Source: Azolla caroliniana
Lineage: Eukaryota > Plantae > Polypodiophyta
NCBI GenBank assembly: GCA_043228905.1
Contig: JBHGNT010000010.1
Span: forward strand, 3,224,001-3,288,000
Direction of reading: 5' to 3'
Length of the DNA stretch: 64,000 nucleotides
In this document: positions 53,594-64,000 of the stretch, one piece after another
Numbering within the stretch: the first letter of the stretch is position 1
Layout of the letters: each line of letters starts with the position of its first letter
Position numbers and translations under genes: made by a program
The notes under the pieces: model-generated
The model's input: the letters and a program-made list of their open reading frames with translations, nothing else
What the model was told of the DNA's origin: nothing
Databases searched by the model: none

Positions 53594-56408
53594 TTGTGAT
53601 ACCATGTATTCTAGTGCCATACAATTGGCTTCACTTTCAACATGTAGGGAAACTTAAGAGGAATATTGTCCCTTCCCTCATGATGAGGCATGCTTACATT
53701 TCTTGTGCATGATGCTACATTGCATATGTTTTTGAGTATTTTTGGTCTCCTACATGATGGGGTATGGTAATGAAGATTTGGTGTAGTACTTATTCATGTT
53801 CCAATCAACCATTCAGAAAACTTATACATGGTATTAGTACACAACAACATACTAAGAACGAAGAAACCAATTTCGCATTCCCATTTCACATGTGCTACAA
53901 CTATATTTTCCTGTAGCTTTATTGATGTGTCAATCATGAGATATTTTAATTGATACACGTGCCAAAAGTGTTGTTTGGAGATTCCATTCTACAATTAGTG
54001 GAAGACTTCTTGATAAAAAGCGTGATGGCCACTGTTCACAAAAATCAACCTTTAGTGTGTTTTTCACCAACTAAAATGTAAAAATTCTGACTTGCTTTCA
54101 AGGTCATCTTGAAATAGGGAAATTTTTACACATTTTACTGCAAAAACTAGAAATCCTTTCAAATATTAGCAAACTAATAGATGGCAAGTTTGGCATTGTA
54201 TTCTCTACCTGGGAAAACGTTTTTGCGAACACTATTGAGGCCATATCCTCTTCCCATAGTGGTGGTATCTCCTTTTCTTTTTAGTATAACTCAATTTTAT
54301 CTCAAGAGAAAACAAAAGTAGTGGCTATATTAGTAAATTACACTTATCAGACTAAGCTTATTGTAGTATGCTTTTTAGAAATTAGAAAACATAAGTTCAA
54401 ATATCAAACTATCTTCCTTCAAATATTAGCGATGATCTTGGCCATGTGTAATAGTTTTGGTGATGACCTTGATATTAATAATCCACCGTGTCAATGAAAA
54501 AGGAGAACCAAAATTTACATCCAATTCTTGGCTTTTAAGATTTCAAATGTACCACTAAATACCACTTTCAAATATGATATCATTGTAAACTATAACACTA
54601 AGATATTATCAATCATCAAATTATGTCAATGAGATAACCAACTTCGAGTGGGATGTGGTAATGTGAATTTAACTAGATTGTACAACCTTGAAGGATATTT
54701 TGAGAAACAAGGGGAATTGACAAGTGTCAAAGTAAGACGTGGTCACGTAGGTATCCTAAATTATGTTGGGAAACAACAAAAATGTGGTCAATTGTGCAAT
54801 AAAGCACGCTTATGAAAATAAGAGAATATTCTATGACAATTCTTGTTTTCGTGTGGTTCAAATCATGAAAAAATTAGGTGCCTAGGGTTTCATTCTACAT
54901 AATTGGCTTTTAGAGTCAAAGTTGCATATATATTTGAATTTGGTTCAAGTGATATTAGTTCATATTTGGTGGTAGTGAACATTGCAAAAAAAGGTGAGGT
55001 TTATTTCATAGCTTTAATATTGACTTCAAACCTTCGCTTTTGTTTGACAATATTAAGTTGGGGTGTATCAATTAAAGGTTTAGGTTTAGGACGAACCCTT
55101 AGCTATGATGAGGGTGCCAAAGGAATTATCTTGTTGGAATAAAAGAAGGTTAAATCATTGCGAAGGTGAGAAAACTCCTTAAAATGATTATGAACGTATA
55201 AGCGTGCAATACATTCTTCAATGCATATATGCAATCACAATGAAGATGACCCAACTAGCAACATGTTTTCCTTAGAAATTCCAACATAATCCGTGTGAAG
55301 GCATGCCAACAAGTACAAACTACCCACATTGAGAACTCATCCCATAGTTGAGGGAGGCTTTCTCTAGAAAAAGTAAGTGAAATAGAATGGAGAAAGGAAG
55401 GGGTCAAAGAAATGTTGAGTTAAAAGAAGGATTGAGAGAGCATACCTATGAGGAATAATGGTAAAACCTTTGTAGCATAATGCAATAATAATAGAACCCT
55501 TCATAATGAGAAAGCAATTCTGAATGCATAATATGATATGCTAGTGTTAAGTATTATACGAGCTATTAACAATGAGAAGTGAGATAATAAGAGAGGGCAT
55601 TCATGGAGGCAACCCACTATTGGGAGGTCCCCACTCTCTACACCTCAATAAGGAGAGAGTGAGAGAAATTTTACTTTGCCCATTATAGTTGGTTGTTAAG
55701 CGTGAGCAATTGTTTGCAACCAATGACATGTCTTGTTAGTTCCAAACTTCCAACCATTGAAGAGAAATAAACTCAAATCTCCCAATTTCTTTCGTATGCT
55801 TCCATTCTAGGGCTTCCCTCATAAACAACATAAACAATTCTTAATATTATATATTCTCATAACAACAAAAGATGAACAATGTAATAGTGAACAATATTTT
55901 ATGCACAAATTCTTGCTCTATTAAAATGCACAACAATTTGTCACCTTCTCCTTAATTACTCTTCAATCATTATGTGATTTTCCCTTATACACTTTTTACG
56001 AATGTCTCAATATTCTCCATCCCTTCCTCTCTATATAGGGAGGCCTAGACTAATTTGTTTCAATTGTATGCTTAGATTAGAAAAACACTAAATTTAACAC
56101 TTTGCTCAATGCCCTCAACGATCTTGTCTTGTCTTGTCTCTTTCTTTCTTTCTTTCTTTTTTCCGTAAATAATGGCTTTCATTACGAAAGAAAAAACACC
56201 ACCAGGACTAACTTACAACAAACTACAGAACCCCTTCTATCTAGGGATCTAAAGAAAACTACGACACCAAACTCAATGCCACCCTACACACCAATTCAAA
56301 TGGCGAATATGATGATATGTGACCTTGCAGAGTTCTCACTCTTCCTGTTTGAGATTTCGTGACTTCTCTAGCACTATCAATTGCCACAAAAGAAGTCCTT
56401 TTCTCTTG

Positions 56409-56456
<48 letters not shown>

Positions 56457-56458
<2 letters not shown>

Positions 56459-57050
56459 ATGATGCATCACTAGATTCCTTTGTAAATGAGGCCTTTTTGC
56501 AACGCCAATGTATCATGACATGGGACAAATGTGGAGGCTCATGCTTCACACATTATACTACGCATGTTGCACCTAACTACAAAATCATATTCTTCGTGGA
56601 ATGGGGAAACCATACACATCGATACATGTTAGAGCCCATCTCGTTATTTGCCATTCAAACCATTGCTTCAATGCGACTTAACTCGCATGCATTGCGATGT
56701 GAGACGAGACGTTGGGGCACAAGTGATGAGAGTGGCCGGCTATGCACACTTTGCCCTAAACAAGTTCGAGAGTCTGAGTATCACACTTTGATACAATGTT
56801 ATGCCTTTGATCATATTCGACCATGCTTTCCACATATCTTTGACCGAGCCCAATCCTTGCACGAATTTCTCTCACAAACACAATGTGCGCTCTCAATTGC
56901 AACATTCATTGGTAAAGTTCTTGAACATTGAGAGTCACTACTCACTTTCACACGTATCACGTGAAATGTAATATTTTTGGTCTCATAGGTCATATTTGAC
57001 CTCCGAAGATGATAATAGAATCTATCTATCTATCTATCTATCTATCTCTC
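56457..57050 (+). mobile_element. 5'-truncated LINE (RTEX-like), family B, copy 1
   Basis: SHALRCETRRWG...LCTLCPKQVRESEYHTLIQC. Starts at a (CT)n tract and ends AATAGAA(TCTA)n. Confidence 0.85.
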
Positions 57051-58308
57051 ACAGTGAATATGTGCTAGCAATTTTTTGGATCTAGGAGAAGGATATATGT
57101 TGTGTGCGTATAAGCGATAGACTTTCAGATTTTTTCAATAGCAATATTGGTGTTAAGCAAGGATGCCCACTCTCACCAACATTATTTGGTATATGCATTG
57201 ATGAATTGGAAGAAATAGTTGCCAAGTTTGTAAAGGAAGAAGAGCTTAAAGAAGTTGCCATTGGGAATGTAGTCATTATGCGGACGATGGAGTGTTTTTT
57301 GCAAATACTTTAGTAGATGCATAAAAGCTTATGAAGGTAGTGGAATTTTTTTGCATGAATACTAAATTAAGAGTCAACAACTCTAAAACAAAGATGACGC
57401 TTGTGGAGTATGGGGCTTCCATGGGGTGATGGCATCCCTAAGTCTACGTGGAAAGATTTTGAAAGTGTCCAAAAACGTTTTCTTACAAAGTTTCTACAAG
57501 TTAAGAAACAAATGCCATACACTCTCCTCCATGAGATGGGACCACATCCCATTGAGATCATGGCCATGGAAAGGGTTGTTGAATCCATGCTTAAGGTTCA
57601 AAAAAGATCCTCACATTGACTCCTAGAATTTCATGTGAAGCAAGCAAAAAGATACAAAAGACGCATAAAAGCAGAATTTTGTGTTCTGGTTGAATGCAAG
57701 ATATGGAAAAATGGTTTGGTACATGGTATGCAACACACTTGTTGCATGATGCATCACTATATTCCTTTGTAAATGAGGCCTTTTTGCAACGCCAATGTAT
57801 CATGACATGCGACAAATGTGGAGGCTCATGCTTCACACATTATACTACAACTGTTGCACCTAACTACAAAACCATATTCTTCGTAGAACGGGGAAACCGT
57901 ACATGTTAGAGCTCATCATGTTATCTGCCATTCGAACCATTGCTTTCATGCGACTAAGCTCACACACATTGTGATGTGAGATGAGGCGTTGAGGCACAAG
58001 TGATGAGAGTGGTTGACTATGAACACTTTGTCGTAAACAAGTTCGAGAGTCTGGGTATCGCACTTTGATCAAATGCTTTGCCTTTGATCATATTCGACCA
58101 TGCTTTCCACACATCTTCAACCAAGCCCAATCCTTGCACAAATTTTTCTCACAACCACAATGTGCACTCTCAATTGCAACATTCATTGGTAAAGTTCTTG
58201 AACATTGAGAGTCACTACTCACTTTCACACATATCACGTGAAATGTAATATTTTTGGTCTCATAGGTCATATTTGACCTCCCAAGAAGATAATAGAATCT
58301 ATCTATCT
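57051..58308 (+). mobile_element. 5'-truncated LINE (RTEX-like), family B, copy 2, with RT remnant
   Basis: SNIGVKQGCPLSPTLFGICIDELE. The 3' ~560 bp closely match copy 1 and have the same TCTA tail. Confidence 0.85.
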
Positions 58309-58474
58309 CCCTTGTAGCCACCACATCCGCGTAAGTTTCATTTTCTCACTGTTCACCTTGTCGTTTGTTTATGGATGATTCGCCTTTCTAGAACTATCAA
58401 GGTTTTGCTTTATTTTTTGTTCTATTTCACCTTATCTACACATCAAGGTATGCTTCACACTTTTTGTTCTCTAT

Positions 58475-58720
58475 CTTTTCAAAAAATTTACACATCCATC
58501 AAAGGTTCATTGTACCTAATACTCAACTAGAATTTATCTCCATTGAAGATTCCTATTCTATTTTTGTTGAAGCTTCAACTAGTGGTTGTCATGGCCCTAA
58601 ATGAGATTTACTAGTACAAGCTTCAACAAAAATAAAAAGAGGATTCTTCAATGGAGATAAATTCTAGTTTATAGTATTATGTATGATGAACCTTTGATGG
58701 ATATATAAAAGGTTGAAAAG
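58475..58720. repeat. Fold-back inverted repeat (MITE-like)
   Basis: ATCCATCAAAGGTTCAT..ACTAGAATTTATCTCCATTGAAGA..TTTTTGTTGAAGCTT is mirrored by AAGCTTCAACAAAAA..TCTTCAATGGAGATAAATTCTAGT..ATGAACCTTTGATGGAT. Confidence 0.88.
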
Positions 58721-60041
58721 TGTTGTGTACATTGTTTGAAGACAACACTAGCGAAAAAAACCAAGGCCCGAAATGATATTCACTAATACAAGCACAAAGT
58801 TTGATGTAATTTATATGAAATAGAACATTAAGATATTAATTATATGCCATGCACTTCACTTCCCATGCCTTTTTGACAAAATCATGAAGGTATTGGTATT
58901 GTATACTTTAGAATAAAAGCATAAATTTCTAGGTTGGTTGAGGATAAGTCCTCCCATATGCATTCCATGTGTTATAGCCTTCAAAGTATGTATTGTTCCA
59001 AATATGGTGCTTTACTCTATTTTATGACAAAGAAATAAAAATGAGAGAATTGTAATAGACTCTAGACAAATTTAGAACCCCAAACAAAAAGAGCTATAAT
59101 AGTGAGACAATTGAGTGATGATGTTGAAGTGAGAAAGGTAAAATAGCCATGAAGGATTAAAATAGTCATGAGAATTCCAAATTTGGCTATGGAACCAAAT
59201 CAACATATCATCTTATATGTGACTACTTCTTAAGAGTGGGGTTACTACTTCTTAGTAAAAACTCTCTATGTGAAAATAATGCACGCACATATGTGCTCAT
59301 TGACGAGTGTCCATTAATAAAGAACCAAGAAAAATAATCAAGGTGGGATGAATAACATGGGTGGGGATAAGAAGGTAATGGTGAAACATAACGGCTCATG
59401 GAAAACAAAAGGACACATTAACAACTACCCAATATGACATCAAGGGTACGATGAATATTCCAAGTGATTCCTGTTGAGAATCAAGCTCAACTTGGTCTAG
59501 TGTGTGAACTCACCTTGAGAGTGAAGAGACACTCCAACGGTCAAGAGTCACCATTATGTCACCACTTTGTATTCTAGCATTTAGTATGAGTCATAGAATC
59601 ATATTCTATGACACATAACTTATGAGCTTTCACATTCCCCATGCTCCATGAGGCTTGTAGTTAATGATGAGAGAGGGTGACTACATAAAGCACCATCCTC
59701 CCACCTTGTATCATGTTGAGTCTTTCTCCTTTGTTAATATACTAAACCTTGCGTATTCTCTGTGTTTTACTCCTTGTCTCTCTCACATATACACACATAA
59801 CTCATATCTCTTCCGCTTTACAAGAATCCATCTCTTGATTCTTTACAATTCCCATCTAGTTTAGCAAAACTGCATCATCAAAGTAATCCTTATGCAGTTG
59901 TAGGAAATTTCTTTCAAGATTTGGTAGAAACTTTAGTAATTAAGGAAAGAGAGATGATAAGGTAACAAAATCTATGGGATGTGTTATGTGTAGTGGAGTA
60001 TAAGGACCCAAAAAGGCAAGGTTCTTCGTTAATTTACACGA

Positions 60042-60578
60042 TGTCGTGAAGATTTCCGGCTTTGGTGTGAAACCAGGATGGAATGCGCAAGTCGGCAATG
60101 TGCAACATGTGCACATGTATAGTAGGAAAATGGTGTATAGAGTAAAGGGGAGAATTTATCCCACATTGTAACGTCCCTCCCTCGGGCTATAAAAGGAAGG
60201 GAGGGGTCTCTTGTGTGGGGTTGCCTATTTTGAATGAGAGAGGTATACCACTTAGGTCGAGGGTTTCTATTTCGGTTTTAGGGTTTCACTTAGGGTTTCT
60301 TCTTCATCATCTTCTTTACTTTACTTATCCGGTTAGGGTTTTTTTGTAGTCGTTTTGGTGCGGCCTATGTGGCCATGGTTGTAATCGTTTGCGGAGTCTT
60401 AATATAACTTGTTGTGTATCTTGCCTCCATCAATCTTCTTGTTCCATCCATTCTATGTTTACGCCCTATTCTTTCTCCTCTCCTCTCGAGCTAAGCTTCC
60501 ATTCCCCCTCTACTCCCTAGTCCAAGACCCCTGCGGTCCCGCCTAAGATCTTACACGTACTCGCGGAATACCGCGACA
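60042..60578 (+). mobile_element. Solo LTR
   Basis: Termini TGTCGTG...CGCGACA, flanks ACGA/ACGG (4-bp TSD with one mismatch) and TATA-like CTATAAAAG at ~60187. The U5 motif is shared with the 13296 LTR. Confidence 0.75.
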
Positions 60579-62575
60579 ACGGTTATAAGACTTATTATGG
60601 TGGGATAAAGCTATGTGATTGTTCAAGAATTTTAATGCTTATACAATATTGATTTCAACCACATAGCAAGAATATAATCATTGTAAATATATTGTTGTAG
60701 AAATGATATATTGTCATCTGGAATATATTCATCAATTCTATCCTAGGAGCAGAGACTATTATGATAGTCTTTAGCTATTGTTCTTGGGCATGGATGACTT
60801 TGGATCCTCCTAGGGGATTTTAACATATGTTGTGAGGTAGACCAATCTACATCCCCATGGACTTTGATGAATGCCTAGGCTTACAAGCATGGAAGTAATT
60901 TAAGGTTGACATCTTGAAAAGTGACATATGGAAGTGGATTAAAGGGACAATTCTTAGATACACATTTCAGTCTATGAAATAGAGCTCTTCATGGATAGGT
61001 TAAATCAAATGTACATAATCCATAAAAAAAATTATTTTTCCCAAAAAGAAGCTACTTTCCCATAAGTTAGGAGAGAATAAGGCATAATTTGATTTCTTGC
61101 AAAAAGTATTGTATATTAAAATATATCATGGGTAAGCATTGTCAGATCATTTTCTGCTTGTATTTGAATTTTCTCAAAAGTCGATAGCTCGTTTTTCATG
61201 ACATCTTGCAAAATGCCCCCTATGGAGGAGAATTAATATGGTTGGTTGGAATATATGCATCAAATGTATCCTAGGAGTAGAGTCTATTATGCCAACCTTT
61301 AGATATTGTCCTTGGGCATGGATGACCATCTTTCCAATGAGATTAACTCATCTTTCCTCCATCATGAAGTATTCCGTAGATACATGAGACAATTATTGGG
61401 TGAATTTATGGAACATTTTCAAATTGAAGAATGTGTTGACAACAATGTGCCAAAGTGAATAAACATTATGGAATACAACATGCTTTGATAAGAAGACAAA
61501 AATGAATTGCCATGACAAATTTGATGGATAAATGTACTATTTTGTTGAATTATTGGCGAAGGGATAAGGCGCTTTAGGAGATTCAAAGCATTTTGATGAC
61601 CTCATTGCAATAATTACAAATGTGCAATATCAACCAATCTCAAGTGTATAAGATGAGGCATGAATTAGAGGATAATAATTGTCGGTCACATAATTATTTT
61701 CATGCCTTCCATGAATCACATGCTATATACAATGTAGTAAGGCTAGAAGTGAACGAACAAATGTATATGGACCCACAATTCCTTGTGGCAAGGTGTGAGA
61801 AATATTGCACACAAATACTTGATTCACGTTGCGTTACTACAACTTACCCTAACTACAATTTAGTTAAGCTGAACTTAGCCATGGTGTAGTAAAGCCAACC
61901 ATAGTAATCTTAACCGTGGTCCAATTTAAGCCTAATCATAGTTAAACCAAAAAACACAATTGGTTGTGGCAAGATCAAGAACGATGTGTAATAGTCCAAT
62001 CAATCTATAAAATTGTAAACATTGAAATAGAATACAAGTAGAACAAGTACAAAAGTTGGAGAAACAGGTATAGAAGTTCAACTTTTTTTTTTCAAAACAA
62101 AATATCCTTCCATTAGTTTAAAAGAAGTCATAACAACTACAAGTTACACTATTTTTTCCCCAACCCATCTTGTGTAAGACAATGGTTCAGGAAACAAATC
62201 TATGTACTCCAAAGTAGAGGAAAACAATCAGCTAATTTGCAAGTTATTCCATAGACAGCAACAAAAGTAGTTGCATTCGGATACTAGCCCTCACAACTCA
62301 TAGATACAAACCATTTCAATGCTTCTTTAACATGCTCATGTTCAACATAATTTGCAATCAACACATTCCAAGCTATTCCATAGACAAAAACAAAAGTGAC
62401 AACATCTCGAGACAACCCCTCACATCTCATAGATTGGAACCATTACAATGCTTTTTCAGCATGCTATATCCATCAATGCAATTCCAATCAATCTACCTTT
62501 ATCCAAAAAACCAAATGCTACCACAAGCTTTCAAGGTAGATGTTATTCTCTGACCGGACAAGGCCTAACACAAGG

Positions 62576-64000
62576 TGTGACGGAGACACTTCACCAAAGG
62601 GTGGTTACGGCATAGGATTAAGATTCAACGATTACACCGACTTAAGTAGGTTACACGATTAGATCGCTTTTGTTAATTACACGCGTAAGATATAACAGTA
62701 AGTACAGAACGGAAATCAACACAGAAGTATAAACACCATATGCTCTATTAATTATCCGCTGCGATTACAATGGGGTCCGGGCCTTTAAATAGGTTTCCGG
62801 CCCGTAGTACAAAACGGTGCCTATCGCACCTATTCGGGATTCGTCCGGATCTGGAACGGCATACCGTTTCCAGTCCGTCCGTCCACACTATGCTTATTTA
62901 CAACCATACTTAATTAATTCCTTCACTCCGTATTTTGGACTCCTTGCCGGCCGGTAACACATGGCACGCCCATGGGACAGTACCTTGTACGTCGAACCCT
63001 TCTCGGCCCCTTCATTGTTCACCCAAATTGTCCAAAATACTTTGTTCCAGAGTTTCCACTTGTTCTTCCGGTTGTGGTTGCTGCGGCTGTGCTTGCTGCT
63101 GCTGCTGTGGTTGCGGTTGAGACTGAGGCTGCTCCGGCTGCTCTATAGGCTGCTGCTCCGTTTGTTTCTCTGACTCCGGCATCTCCGTTTGACTGCTTCC
63201 GGTCCGGTCTCCTTCCAGTAACGGTTCCTCATCACTGAGGTTGACCGTAACCGGTTCTCGTGCTTTCTCTTCCCGGATCCGGGACCTCTCGTAGCTTTCA
63301 AACTGGATCTGCGCCTCCAGCCTGTCGTCGTCCAGTTGAGCTACAAGCTGCCGGACTTGCCCTAGTTGGTCCTCTGCCAAGGCTTGAAAGTCTTCGGCCA
63401 GCTCATCTCTTATGCCGGTGAAGTCTTCGGAAGTCAGCATATAGCAATCATCTCCCTCCTTCCGCCGGTTCTCTACGTCGGCCCGGAGCAATTGGAGTTC
63501 CGCCGCGTTCGTGGCCCACTTGGTCCACCATTTGACGGACCCGTTGTCAATCAAGCTCTTGGTCTGGTTCAACCAGGCCCGCATGATATCCTGGATACGA
63601 CTTGCTCCCATTTGCGCTCTACTTTCCACAACTTGTCGTTCCTCCTTCAACTGCTTGATGAGATTAGCCGTATCCTCCGCTTGCTCTCTGTAGCGCGTCA
63701 GCTGCCCTTGATATGTTGTTTGCAGCCTCTGTAGTACCTCCGCCGCTCTTTCTTTTTCCGCCTGCTGTTGCCTGAGGAGCTCTGTCCGAACCTTCTCCGC
63801 CTCTTCCAACCGTCTTCTGGTTTCCGCTTGTTCCTTAGCGTATGCCGTTGCAGTCCGATCAACTGCTTGCCGGAGCTCATCCGTCCGTTCCTTGTGCTCC
63901 GTTTGCAACCGTTTATACTCCCGGTGCAATTGCTCAAATTCCTTCGTTTTTTGTTTGAGCTTGCCGTTGATCTGGCGATGGTTCTGGTCCTCCCGGTCCT
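62576..64000 (-). mobile_element. Young GC-rich element, probably the 3' end of an LTR retrotransposon
   Basis: Abrupt composition change at 62576. The minus strand ends ...CCGTCACA and has a TATA-like CTATTTAAAG at ~62790. No pol motifs lie within the window. Confidence 0.55.
63012..63998 (-). CDS. Coiled-coil protein with acidic and Q/P-rich C-terminus, probably element-encoded (5'-partial)
   Basis: Intronless 305-aa ORF in the track. The frame stays open to the window edge (DREDQNHRQINGKLKQKTKEFEQL...). E/Q/R/K heptad-rich with no recognisable catalytic motif. Confidence 0.7.
   Translation of the reverse strand, partial: DREDQNHRQINGKLKQKTKEFEQLHREYKRLQTEHKERTDELRQAVDRTATAYAKEQAETRRRLEEAEKVRTELLRQQQAEKERAAEVLQRLQTTYQGQLTRYREQAEDTANLIKQLKEERQVVESRAQMGASRIQDIMRAWLNQTKSLIDNGSVKWWTKWATNAAELQLLRADVENRRKEGDDCYMLTSEDFTGIRDELAEDFQALAEDQLGQVRQLVAQLDDDRLEAQIQFESYERSRIREEKAREPVTVNLSDEEPLLEGDRTGSSQTEMPESEKQTEQQPIEQPEQPQSQPQPQQQQQAQPQQPQPEEQVETLEQSILDNLGEQ

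Noticed and set aside
62935-63734. Plus-strand ORFs overlapping the coiled-coil ORF
   Set aside because: They are antisense shadows of the Q/E-rich ORF, giving low-complexity Leu/Cys runs.

Overview
Eukaryotic, AT-rich plant genomic DNA with long TE-filled introns. A fern or other non-seed vascular plant is my inference, based on the intron sizes and transposon lineages. There are three host genes: the 3' end of a COPT/Ctr copper transporter (+, 3-119), a complete 6-exon GDSL/SGNH esterase (-, 6752-9317) and a ~28 kb multi-exon exportin-4 (-, 16793-44947). Most of the rest is transposon-derived. A full-length Mutator-like element with TIRs and a perfect 9-bp TSD lies in a (TATG)n tract upstream of the esterase and carries a nested solo LTR with a 4-bp TSD. 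A decayed Copia element with a nested non-autonomous hAT sits in an exportin-4 intron. There are also a chromovirus remnant, several RTEX-like and L1 LINE ends, tRNA-like (SINE-type) segments, a fold-back element, a CCCTAA-rich satellite and a young GC-rich element with a coiled-coil ORF at the right edge. I cannot demonstrate a new biological system. The strongest leads are (i) two otherwise unalignable solo LTRs with 4-bp TSDs that share a position-fixed U5 motif, one containing a tRNA-like module, (ii) a MULE family that appears to home to (TATG)n microsatellites, and (iii) RTEX-like LINEs in a land plant. All coordinates were read by eye and may be off by a few bases.
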